DNA from: an uncultured Gemmatimonadales bacterium
GTDB lineage: Bacteria > Gemmatimonadota > Gemmatimonadetes > Longimicrobiales > Gaopeijiaceae
Length of the DNA stretch: 64,000 nt
Direction: 5' to 3'
Assembly (NCBI GenBank): GCA_963823035.1
Contig: CAWGKG010000019.1
Span: 1 to 64,000 of the forward strand
Part shown: positions 41,058 to 49,918 of the stretch, piece by piece
Layout: each line of letters starts with the position of its first letter
How positions within the stretch are numbered: position 1 is the stretch's first letter
The notes under the pieces: generated by a model
The model's input: only the letters and a program-made list of their open reading frames with translations
What the model was told of the DNA's origin: nothing
Databases searched by the model: none
Program-made: the position numbers and the translations under genes

Positions 41058-41702
41058 TCAGGACCTCCGAGCGCCGCCGACCAGGAGGAGGCGGGTCAGG
41101 AAGAGGCACGCGACGAACCAACAGACGGCGATCCCGAGGAAGGCCGCGCGGATGCCCAGGGGGGTCGTCTCCGTCACGGGGTGATCGGGATGGAGGTAGA
41201 GGGGCGCGCTCCTGATCGCCACGAACGCCACCGCCGCGGCGACCGTCCAGGTGAGATCCCGCGCCCGGCCCGGCCCCAGCCCGGCGTGCACCGCGAGGGC
41301 CACCCATCCGGTCGCCATCACCCCCAGCGAGGCGCGCATCCGCGGCTCGGCCCAGAAGATCCCGCCCCAGCTGATGCGCGCCGACACGAGGCTGAGGAGG
41401 AATCCGGCCGAGAAGGCGGCCAACCCGGCGATCCACAGGGGCCGTAGCGCGCGCTCCACGCGTGGGACGGGTCGCGCGGTCATGGCCAGGCCGAGTGCGC
41501 CGGCCCCGTACAGACAGGCGAGGCCCGCCATCGTCGCCGACACGTGGAGGTACACGACGCGAATGGCGTCGCCCATGGTTCGCTCGGGCGGCGCCAGCAG
41601 CGCCCATGCTCCCGCGACCAACCAGGGCGCCGAGACAGCCCCCGAGGGCCGTGACCCGGTCGGCGCGGCTCGGAGACGGCGATTCCATCGGGGGACCTCC
41701 AC
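41058..41702 (-). CDS. CcmC/CcsA-like membrane protein (start uncertain, probably frameshifted)
   Basis: IRVVYLHV, SWGGIFWAEPR (WWD-like), C-terminal LHP; several TM helices. Confidence 0.6.
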   Translation of the reverse strand: MEVPRWNRRLRAAPTGSRPSGAVSAPWLVAGAWALLAPPERTMGDAIRVVYLHVSATMAGLACLYGAGALGLAMTARPVPRVERALRPLWIAGLAAFSAGFLLSLVSARISWGGIFWAEPRMRASLGVMATGWVALAVHAGLGPGRARDLTWTVAAAVAFVAIRSAPLYLHPDHPVTETTPLGIRAAFLGIAVCWFVACLFLTRLLLVGGARRS

Positions 41703-41735
41703 TGTGGCCGGTGGATCGTCGATCGACGGGGCGGC

Positions 41736-42554
41736 CTATTGCTTGACCACTTCTTCGAGGAAGACCGAGTTGGCGACGGCGACCACGCGATCCCCCTGTT
41801 GCAGCAGGGTCTGCGTCGGCGTGATGCTCTTCAACTCCCCGCGCTCGCCGCGCACCTCCATCTCCCGGCCGATCACGAACGTCTTCCGCGCGTAGAAGCC
41901 CGCGAGGATGTTCCTCGTCGCGTCGCGGCTTCCCAGGCCGAACGTGAGCCCGAAGGCGAGCGCGAGGCCGGCGAGCGCGGCTGCCGTCACCACCCGGATG
42001 ATCTCGGTGTCGATGCGGAGCTGGCCGATCGCCATGATCCCGAGCACGAAGAGGATCAGGCCCGAGACCAGGCCCCCGAGTGACGAGCCGAACTCGATCC
42101 CGGAGTTGGTCGCGGCCTCTGCGACGGCGCGACCGGCGAACTGGGCGGCGGCGCTGCCGAGCACAAGGATGAGGAGCGCGGCCACGATGTTGGGCAGATA
42201 GCCCATGAAGGCCCCGATCGCATCGGAGATGGCGAAGAGGCCCATCGCGTCGGCGGCGGTCTTCGCGAACAGGATCAGGAGCAGGTAGTAGACGATGCGC
42301 GGCACGACGTGGTTCAGCGACTCGCGGATGCCGATGCGCTGGATCGCCCGGTCGACGCCCACCCGCTCCACGAGGGAATCGAAGCGCAAGCGGACCATCA
42401 CGGAGCGCAGGATGCGCTCCACGAGCTTCGCGGCGACGAGCGCGAAGACCAGGAGGATGATCGCCAGCAGGACGCGAGGCGTCCACGCGATCAAGGAATC
42501 GAGCACACCCCGATAGGTGGCCAGGAGCTGGTCGCGGATCTGCACGAGCATCAT
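41736..42554 (-). CDS. CmpX-like / TM-helix-repeat MscS-family protein
   Basis: Repeated P.VLLAIILLV / YLPNIVAALLILVLG units, AFGLTFGLGSRD..RNILAG.Y, short beta domain G.L..ITPT.T......V.N. Confidence 0.8.
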   Translation of the reverse strand: MMLVQIRDQLLATYRGVLDSLIAWTPRVLLAIILLVFALVAAKLVERILRSVMVRLRFDSLVERVGVDRAIQRIGIRESLNHVVPRIVYYLLLILFAKTAADAMGLFAISDAIGAFMGYLPNIVAALLILVLGSAAAQFAGRAVAEAATNSGIEFGSSLGGLVSGLILFVLGIMAIGQLRIDTEIIRVVTAAALAGLALAFGLTFGLGSRDATRNILAGFYARKTFVIGREMEVRGERGELKSITPTQTLLQQGDRVVAVANSVFLEEVVKQ

Positions 42555-42802
42555 TCCCTCCGGTCCGGGTCTCCGGACTCGAACAGCGAGTGGATCATGC
42601 ACAGGAACTCGATGAGCGCCCCACCCAGCGCCGACCACACGAACGTGGCGAGCTGCGAGCCCAGCGACCGACGTCGAACCGAAGCGAGCACGCGGCCGAG
42701 GAAGGCGGGCGACAGGGGCTCCACGTAGTCGCGCAACTCGCCCACGGGCGCGCCGAGATCCTCCTCGGCCCCGGTGTCGGCGCCGCGCGGGTCTTCCGCC
42801 AT
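42551..42802 (-). CDS. Small protein downstream of the ECF sigma, possible anti-sigma
   Basis: 83 aa; F.GRV..SV.RR motif followed by a hydrophobic helix; ATGA-coupled to the downstream gene. Confidence 0.6.
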   Translation of the reverse strand: MAEDPRGADTGAEEDLGAPVGELRDYVEPLSPAFLGRVLASVRRRSLGSQLATFVWSALGGALIEFLCMIHSLFESGDPDRRE

Positions 42803-42809
42803 GTCTCCG

Positions 42810-43403
42810 TCAGCTCCCGGCACGGGCGTGAACTTCCTCGTCGATCTCCGCGAAGAGGCGCCGGAACTCCTCACGCGCGCGTTTGATGCGCATCTTCACC
42901 GCCGACAGACCGATGCCCAACTCGGCGGCGATCGTCTCGTAGGCGAAGCCGTCCATGTCGCGCAGGACGAGCGGCACCCGGAGCGTTTCACTCATCTGCA
43001 ACAGCACTTCCCCGATGCGCTGCCGCGTGCGCGCCCGCTCCATGGAACGCTCCACCTCGGGCGGCCGGGCGGCCGCCCGGTCGAGGGTCACCTCGTCCGC
43101 ATCGACCACAGGAAGGCGCCGCTTCTTCAGGAAGTTCAGGCAGTGGTTCGACTTGATGCGCTGCACCCACGTCTCGAGTGAGGATCGTCCCTCGAAGCGC
43201 GCGAGCCCGAAGTAGACCTTCACGAACACCTCCTGGGCCAGGTCCTCCGCGTCGTCGCGGGACCCGGAGAGATACCGACAGTTCGTCAGCACCTTGCTCT
43301 CGTAGCGGCGCACCAGCTCCTCGAACACGCGCGTGTCCCCTTCGGCCGCATGGCGGAGCAGCTCCACCAACTCCTCGTCGGTAGGTCGCGGATCGATGGC
43401 CAG
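42810..43403 (-). CDS. ECF RNA polymerase sigma factor (probable CTG start)
   Basis: DEELV, FEELVRRY, DAEDLAQEVF.K, W..RI..N.C, region 4 YETIAAELGIGLSAVKMRIKRAR. Confidence 0.92.
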   Translation of the reverse strand: MAIDPRPTDEELVELLRHAAEGDTRVFEELVRRYESKVLTNCRYLSGSRDDAEDLAQEVFVKVYFGLARFEGRSSLETWVQRIKSNHCLNFLKKRRLPVVDADEVTLDRAAARPPEVERSMERARTRQRIGEVLLQMSETLRVPLVLRDMDGFAYETIAAELGIGLSAVKMRIKRAREEFRRLFAEIDEEVHARAGS

Positions 43404-43428
43404 GATCCCTCCGTGGTTCGGTTACCCA

Positions 43429-43457
43429 TCAGACCGTAGCGGTGCCGCAAAGTCACA
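43429..43457 (-). promoter_or_regulatory. ECF-type promoter for the sigma operon
   Basis: Minus strand TGTGACTT-N14-GGTCTGA (TGACTT-N16-TCTGA). Confidence 0.6.
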
Positions 43458-43516
43458 CCCGGCGCCTCACCGCGCGAGATGGGACGACCGCGCGGCGCCG
43501 GCCGTCCGGCGGTCGA

Positions 43517-43545
43517 TGCGACTTCCGACGTCGGTCGTGGTCCAT
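43517..43545 (+). promoter_or_regulatory. ECF-type promoter for mscL
   Basis: TGCGACTT-N14-GGTCCAT; same boxes and spacing as the divergent copy. Confidence 0.6.
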
Positions 43546-43618
43546 AGGGGAGAGCGCCCACACGGGCAGCGTCGGCGAAAGGCTCGCAGACGCGGGAAAA
43601 CCGGACCAGAGAGAGACG

Positions 43619-44052
43619 ATGCTCAAGGAATTCAAGGAGTTCGCCGTGAAGGGCAACATGCTCGACATGGCGGTCGGGTATCATCATCGGTGCGGCCTTC
43701 GGCACGATCATCCAGTCGCTCGTGAACGACATGATCATGCCCCCGATCGGGCTGATGCTGGGAGGCGTGGATTTCAGCGACCTGTTCCTGACGCTCAGCG
43801 CCGGCGCGGTGCCCGGCCCGTACGCCACGTTGGCCGCTGCGAAGGAGGCCGGGGCCGTCACGATCAACTACGGCCTATTCGCCAACGCCCTGCTCTCGTT
43901 CGTGATCGTCGCGTTCTCGGTCTTCATGGTGGTACGCTCCTTCAATCAGGCTGAAGCGCAAGGAAGAGGCCGCTCCCGCTGCCCCGCCGGCGCCGTCCAC
44001 CGAGGAGAGGCTGCTCGGAGAGATCAGGGACCTGCTGAAGGCCCGCGGGTAG
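43619..44052 (+). CDS. mscL: Large-conductance mechanosensitive channel (frameshifts near 43677 and 43950)
   Basis: [53 protein letters not shown]. Confidence 0.95.
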
Positions 44053-44107
44053 GCGGCGCGACGTCCCGACCCCAGCCGGAATCCACTCGTTGAACGAGAG
44101 AACAGAT

Positions 44108-45451
44108 ATGAGAAAGCTCACGGCCATCGAGGGCCTCGATCCGGCCCTTGCCGAGCGCCTGGAGGCGAACGGCATCTGGTCGATGGAGGCTCTCCTGCGC
44201 GTCGGCGCGACGGTCACCGGTCGCAGGGTGCTCGCCGCGAGGACCGGAATCGACCCGATACGCGTCCTCCAGCTCGTCATCCAGGCCGACCTGATGCGCG
44301 TCGAGGGCATCGAGTTCGAGAACGCGGCGCTGCTCGAAGCCGCCGGCGTCGACGGCGTTCCCAACCTCGCCGCACGAACCGCCGACATCTTGGCCGCGAA
44401 GCTGGCCGAGGTGAACCGGACCGCGGAGCTCGTCCGGGCCGTCCCATCCGCCTCCCTGGTGGCGGCATGGGTGAGTCGGGCCGAGGGGCTGGGTCGGGTC
44501 CTCGTACACACAGAAAGGGCGAGACGGCAAGCGGCGGAGATCGGAGCGGCCCGGAGGCCTTCGTTCGGCGGATTCGGCGAGGCCTCGACACTCGATGCAT
44601 GGCCACGGCGGTCCGGGCTGATCCTCGTGGCGCTGACGTTCGCCACCGTGATCGCGAGCCCGGTAGCGGCGCAGGAGCCGATCACCTGGGAGGGCGCCAC
44701 CGAGCTGAGCTTCGTATCGACGGGCGGCAACGCGTCCTCGAGCACGCTGGGCCTCAAGGCCGCGCTGACCGGCACGAAGAACGCGAACGTGTTCAAGCTC
44801 GAGATGGGCGGCGTCCGCAGCGAGACCGGCACGACCACGCGCACGGCCACCGGCACCATCGCGAGCCACACGATCAACGAGACGACGGTCTCGCTCGTCA
44901 CGGCCGCGAGCTACTTCGCGAAAGGACGCTACGACCGGGAGTTCGGGCAGATGTTCGCGTTCACCGGGGCCGGCTGGGACCGGAACACCTTCTCGGGGAT
45001 CCAGAACCGCTACGCGCTGGTGGCCGGCGTCGGCCGGACGTTCGTCGACGGGGACAACGGGCACCTCAAGGCCGACGTCGGCGCGACCTACACGATCCAG
45101 AAGGACGTGGATCCGGCTCCCGGCGCGGACGAGGGCTTCGGGGGCCTGCGCTTCGGTCTGGACGCCAAGCGCAAGCTCTCCGAGACCGCGGAGTACCTCT
45201 CCGCATTGACCGTGGACGAGAACGTCGAGGACACGAAGGATCTGCGCGCGGATTGGACCCACTCGATCGCCGTCGCACTGTCGGAAAGGCTGGCGCTCAA
45301 GACGTCGGTCCAGCTCCTCTACGACAACCAGCCATCGCTGCTCGGCGTGCCCCTGGTGGACGCCGGTGGTCTGCCCACCGGATCGATGGTCTCCACCCCC
45401 GGCGACAAGGTCGACCGGATCCTCACGCTCACGCTGGTCATCAAGCTGTAG
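44108..45451 (+). CDS. DUF4332-like HhH domain joined in frame to a signal-like segment and a DUF481-like outer-membrane beta-barrel
   Basis: LTAIEGL..ADLMRVEGI..LLEAAGVD.V..LA.R..VPS...V..W; then hydrophobic stretch ending VAAQE; ELSFVSTGGN, WDRNTFSGI, LYDNQP, terminal TLTLVIKL. Confidence 0.7.
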   Translation: MRKLTAIEGLDPALAERLEANGIWSMEALLRVGATVTGRRVLAARTGIDPIRVLQLVIQADLMRVEGIEFENAALLEAAGVDGVPNLAARTADILAAKLAEVNRTAELVRAVPSASLVAAWVSRAEGLGRVLVHTERARRQAAEIGAARRPSFGGFGEASTLDAWPRRSGLILVALTFATVIASPVAAQEPITWEGATELSFVSTGGNASSSTLGLKAALTGTKNANVFKLEMGGVRSETGTTTRTATGTIASHTINETTVSLVTAASYFAKGRYDREFGQMFAFTGAGWDRNTFSGIQNRYALVAGVGRTFVDGDNGHLKADVGATYTIQKDVDPAPGADEGFGGLRFGLDAKRKLSETAEYLSALTVDENVEDTKDLRADWTHSIAVALSERLALKTSVQLLYDNQPSLLGVPLVDAGGLPTGSMVSTPGDKVDRILTLTLVIKL

Positions 45452-45709
45452 AAGGTCGCTCGGGTGCCGGGGTGGGCCGTGTCCCCCCGGGTACGCGCAG
45501 GTCGATGCCGACGGTAGGTGCGTTGGCTCACCGGCTTCAGGATCCGTTCCCGTTCACGACCACCCCGGCTGGGATCGCACGCGCGCCGCCGGCCGCGCCC
45601 TGGTGCCACGCCGGGCCGGCCATCGCGGACTTCGGTGTTTCCACTTCGAGGGCGTAAACCCATCTTGGAGGCGTCGAGCACCCCCTCATGTCCTCAAGGT
45701 CAGGGCCTC

Positions 45710-47149
45710 ATGACGCGTCGCACCCGGGTTCCGATCTCTCTCGTCGTCCTCCTCGTCGCCGCGTGCGGCGAAGACGCGCCGTCCGACGCCGGGCTCGTGG
45801 CCCGCGCCGTCGATCAGACCTGGACGGTCGATGAAGCCGCCGCGCTCATCGCGCCGGACACGGCGCTGCCGGCCGAAGCCGAGACCGTGCGGACGATCGC
45901 GAACCTCTGGATCGACTACACCCTGCTCGCGACCGCGGCGATGCGGGACAGCACCCTTTCGCAGGTGGACGTCTCTCCCCTGGTGATCGACCTCGCCCAG
46001 CAGCAGATGATCACGGCCCTGCGCGACTCCGTCATCACGGTGGAGCCCGTCTCCGCCGAGGAGCTCCAGCGGGCGTATCGTGAGCAGGCCGCCGGGTCCC
46101 TGGTGCGTGCGCGCCAGATCCTCCTGACGTGGCCGGAGGACGCGACCCAGGCGCAGAGGGACAGCGTCCGGAGCGCCCTCGAGGCGGCGCGCTCCCGCAT
46201 CGTGGACGGAGGCGAGGATTTCGGCACGGTGGCCGAGGCCATCAGCCAGAACCCCGGGGGCTCGGCCGGGGGGATCGATCTCGGTGTCGTGCGCCGTGGA
46301 CAGCTCGATCGGTCGCTGGACTCGGCCCTCTTCGCGCTGGATCCGGGAGAGGTGAGCCAGCCGGTCGTTTCGCCCTACGGCGTGCACCTCCTCCAGGTCC
46401 AGGAGCGCCTCACGCCGTCGCTCGCCCAGTTCCGTGCGATCCTCATGGGTCGTCGCGCGGCCGCCGCCGAGTCCGTCTACGTCGCACAGCTCGATTCCCA
46501 GGTCGCTCCCGAGATCCTCGACGGCGCCGAGGAACGGGTGCGCGACATGGCGCGCAACTATCGCCGACCCCTCCCGGAGCGGGAAGAGACCCGCCCCCTC
46601 CTGCGCTACAACGGAGGCTCGGTGACCCAGGGAGAGGTGCTCTGGTATCTGCAGAGCCAGGCACCGCTGGTCCGAATGCAGATCGCCGCCTCCCGCGACG
46701 CGACGATCCCCGACCAGGTCCTTCGCATCGTGGCGCACAAGGAGCTCCTGACCGCTGCCGCCCTGCGCCGTGGATGGTCGTCACCCGTGGAGATGCGTGA
46801 CCAGGCCGCGGCGTCGGCACGACGCAACCTGGCCGACGCGGCCCGCCAGCTGGGGCTCCTGGGCATCGAGGTGCCCGAAGGACAGCATCCCCAGGATGCC
46901 GTCCGCCAGGCCGTGTCCGCCCTCCTTTCGGACATGTTGACCGGTGCCCGCCGGGAGGTCACGCCGCTGGGCGTGATGTCCTACATCCTGCGTCGGCAGT
47001 TCCCCGGGCGCATCGTGCAGCCCGGCGTCGACGAGGTGGTCGCGCGCGTCCAGGAGATCGCGCGGGGGTACGACGACCGCGGGAGGTGGCGCGTAGCGGG
47101 ATTGGCACAGGGAGCTTCGACGCTGTTGCGGATTCGCTACAAAATGTGA
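45710..47149 (+). CDS. Parvulin-type peptidyl-prolyl isomerase lipoprotein (3' end uncertain)
   Basis: Lipobox VAAC; VRARQILL, GEDF..VA...S, DLG, LFAL.PGEVS.PV.SPYGVHL. Confidence 0.85.
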   Translation: MTRRTRVPISLVVLLVAACGEDAPSDAGLVARAVDQTWTVDEAAALIAPDTALPAEAETVRTIANLWIDYTLLATAAMRDSTLSQVDVSPLVIDLAQQQMITALRDSVITVEPVSAEELQRAYREQAAGSLVRARQILLTWPEDATQAQRDSVRSALEAARSRIVDGGEDFGTVAEAISQNPGGSAGGIDLGVVRRGQLDRSLDSALFALDPGEVSQPVVSPYGVHLLQVQERLTPSLAQFRAILMGRRAAAAESVYVAQLDSQVAPEILDGAEERVRDMARNYRRPLPEREETRPLLRYNGGSVTQGEVLWYLQSQAPLVRMQIAASRDATIPDQVLRIVAHKELLTAAALRRGWSSPVEMRDQAAASARRNLADAARQLGLLGIEVPEGQHPQDAVRQAVSALLSDMLTGARREVTPLGVMSYILRRQFPGRIVQPGVDEVVARVQEIARGYDDRGRWRVAGLAQGASTLLRIRYKM

Positions 47150-47242
47150 CACATCCTCGGCAGACGTCCGACCGGTGAAGTCGCGGACCTCGTCTTGTAA
47201 GCCCATGTCGCAGAATGGCTTGACTCGGAGGTGGAGACCCAG

Positions 47243-47256
47243 GGCATGTAATTTGC
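47243..47256 (+). promoter_or_regulatory. Sigma54 -24/-12 promoter
   Basis: GGCATGTAATTTGC (GG-N10-GC), conserved in the duplicate. Confidence 0.7.
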
Positions 47257-47312
47257 GATCTCTCTCCGAGCCTGCTCGAACGTCGTGTCCCCCAAGCACC
47301 CGGAGAGCCCCT

Positions 47313-48426
47313 ATGCGCCTCAAAGTTCCCGGGGGCCGCGGCTGCGGTCTTGGCGGTGGTATGTGCATCCACTGCCCAAGCCCAGTCGATCGACCCCTCC
47401 ACCTTCAGTGCCACACTGGACGTGGGTGAGTCCGTCACGATCCACAAGACCATCACCCTTGCGCCCGGGGGAGCTGACCTCGTCGACCTGTACATGCTGG
47501 CCGACAACACGGGCAGCATGGGTGGCACGATCAACCAGGCCCAGGCCGGTGCCTCGGCGATCCTCGGTGCGCTTCCCACGAACACGTGGGTCGGCGTCGG
47601 CGACTACCAGGGCGACTGCTACGAGGGTGGCCTGGCCGCCGGATGCAGAGAGGAAGCCACGACCTACTACGGGTTCGGTGAGAAGCAAGCGCTGACCGGC
47701 GACCTCACGGCCGCCCAGACCGGCATCAACGGGTGGTTCGCCGGCTACGGCGGTGACTACCCCGAGGCCAACTTCGACGCGCTCCGCATGGTCGCGGAGG
47801 GCACGAGCTGGCGGGCCGGCTCGCAGCGCCTGGTCGTCTGGTTCGGCGATGCGCCGTCGCACACGGAGAGCACGACCATGGCCGGCGCCATCGCGGCGCT
47901 GAACGCCAAGGGCATCACCGTGCTCGCGTTCAACAACACGTCGGCCGGCAACGGCATGGACGGGAGCTACGGCGCGGACTCGAACCAGGCCTCGACCGTC
48001 GCCTCCGCCACCGGCGGAAGCATCTTCAACAACTTCGGCGGCCTGACGGGCACCGACTTCGTGGACGCCGTGAACGGCGCGATCAGGTCGGCGACGTCGA
48101 CGCTCGACCTGGTGTTCGGCACGGACTTCTTCGACATCTACGCCGGCGGGCTGTCGTTCTCGTTCTCGTGCACCGACGCTGCGGGTTGCACGGGTGTCGG
48201 CGGCGGCGAGTCGCGCACGTTCGACGTGACGATCACGGCGCTCGCCGAGGGCACGTACGACTTCACGATCGGCGCGGACGGCGTGGCCGCTCGTGAGATG
48301 GACCACATCGTGGTCGGCGGCGGCGGCTCCGTGGTTCCCGAGCCTTCGACGTGGCTGATGCTGGCCACGGGGCTCCTGGGCCTCGGGTTCGTGGCCTGGA
48401 AGCGCAAGGAAGAAGAGCTGGTCTGA
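47313..48426 (+). CDS. PEP-CTERM surface protein with vWA (integrin beta I-like) domain, copy 1 (frameshift near 47323)
   Basis: Signal peptide; DLYMLADNTGSM, GGDYPEANFDAL, LVVWFGDAPSH; VVPEPSTWLMLATGLLGLGFVAWKRK. Confidence 0.88.
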
Positions 48427-48450
48427 CCGCGAGGTCGGTCCAACGGTCGG

Positions 48451-48494
48451 TCCGCTCCCGTACCCCGCGCGGGGTACGGGAGCGGATTGCTTTT
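48451..48494 (+). terminator. Intrinsic terminator
   Basis: Perfect palindrome TCCGCTCCCGTACCCCGCGCGGGGTACGGGAGCGGA followed by TTGCTTTT. Confidence 0.8.
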
Positions 48495-48634
48495 CGGGAC
48501 GGCCCGGCCCCGGCTTTGTGTTCGGTCTCCACGACGAATGTGACACGTTCTCGGCAGAGACGCGGCTCCCCCGACGGCGGGCGATGTCTCGTAACCCTCT
48601 GTCGGGGATGGGGTTTGGTCAGATCGACATCGAA

Positions 48635-48648
48635 GGCATGTAGCTTGC
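48635..48648 (+). promoter_or_regulatory. Sigma54 -24/-12 promoter
   Basis: GGCATGTAGCTTGC (GG-N10-GC). Confidence 0.7.
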
Positions 48649-48706
48649 AGATAGACGGGCGAAGCCTGCTCGAATGTCCTGTCCCCCAAAGCACCCGGAG
48701 ACCCCA

Positions 48707-49828
48707 ATGCGACGTAAGTTCCTGGGGGTCGCGGCTGCAGCTTTGGCGGTGGTGTCTGCATCCACTGCCCAAGCCCAGTCGATCGACCCCGCCACATTCA
48801 GTGCCACGATGGACGTGGGTGAGTCCGTAACCATCCACAAGACCATCACCCTGGCCGCCGGCGGAGCCGACCTGGTCGACCTGTACATGCTGGCCGACAA
48901 CACGGGCAGCATGGGTGGCACGATCAACTCAGGCCAAGGCCGGTGCCTCTGCCATCCTCGGTGCGCTTCCCACGAACACCTGGGTCGGCGTCGGCGACTA
49001 CCTGGGCGACTGCTCCGAGGGTGGCCAGCCTGCCGGGTGCATTCAGGGCTCCGTCGGCTTCCGACGAGGACGCGGCGCTGATCGGCAGACTCGTCCGGAA
49101 CGGGCGGCGCCCAGGCCGGCATCAACGACTGGCGAGCGCACGGGCGGCGGTGACGGCCCCGAGGGCAACTTCGACGCGCTGCGCGTGGTCTGCCGAGAAC
49201 ACGGCTTGGCGGTCGGGCTCGCAGCGCCTGGTCGTCTGGTTCGGCGACTGCGCCGTCGCACACCGAGAGCACGACCATGGCCGAGCGCCATCGCGGCGCT
49301 CAACGCCAAGGGCATCACCGTGATCGCGTTCAACAACTACGGTGCCGGCACCGGCATCGACGGTAACTACGGCGGGGACAATCGAACCAGGCTTCGACGA
49401 TCGCCGCCGCCACGGGCGGAAGCCTCTTCAACAACTTCGGTGGCCTGACGGGTTCCGACTTCGTGGACGCCGTGAACGACGCGATCAGCTCCACGACGTC
49501 GACGCTCGACCTGGTGTTCGGCACGGACTTCTTCGACATCTACGCCGGCGGGCTGTCGTTCTCGTTCTCGTGCACCGACGCTGCGGGTTGCACGGGTGTC
49601 GGCGGCGGCGAGTCGCGCACGTTCGACGTGACGATCACGGCGCTCGCCGAGGGCACGTACGACTTCACGATCGGCGCGGACGGCGTGGCCGCTCGTGAGA
49701 TGGACCACATCGTGGTCGGCGGCGGCGGCTCCGTCGTTCCCGAGCCCTCGACGTGGCTGATGCTGGCCACGGGGCTCCTGGGCCTCGGGTTCGTGGCCTG
49801 GCGGCGCAAGGAAGAAGAGTTGGCGTGA
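48707..49828 (+). CDS. PEP-CTERM vWA surface protein, copy 2 (multiple frameshifts 48930-49385; assembly error or pseudogene)
   Basis: Paralog of 47313-48426; GGDGPEGNFDAL; VVPEPSTWLMLATGLLGLGFVAWRRK. Confidence 0.8.
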
Positions 49829-49852
49829 CGGCCTGCTAGGTCTGCACTATAG

Positions 49853-49895
49853 TCCGCTCCCGTACCCCGCGCGGGGTACGGGAGCGGATTGTTTT
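49853..49895 (+). terminator. Intrinsic terminator
   Basis: Same 36-bp palindrome as 48451-48486, followed by TTGTTTT. Confidence 0.8.
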
Positions 49896-49918
49896 CCCCC
49901 GGAGACCCCGTCGACGCC

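Larger units (their letters stand above)
47143..49895 (+). repeat. Tandem duplication of a ~1.4-kb unit (upstream region + PEP-CTERM gene + terminator)
   Basis: Unit 1 ~47143-48494 and unit 2 ~48537-49895 share upstream motifs, gene ends and an identical 36-bp palindrome. Confidence 0.9.

Noticed and set aside
45452..45709. Intergenic region with GCCGGGGTGG / CCACCCCGGC inverted repeat as an ncRNA
   Set aside because: Short GC-rich pairings are expected by chance here, and no known family features are visible.
47102..47120. TTGGCACAGGGAGC as an additional sigma54 promoter
   Set aside because: No GC at the -12 position.
48451..49888. The identical 36-bp palindromes as mobile-element ends or CRISPR repeats
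   Set aside because: Each follows a stop codon and precedes a T-tract, so they are duplicated terminators.
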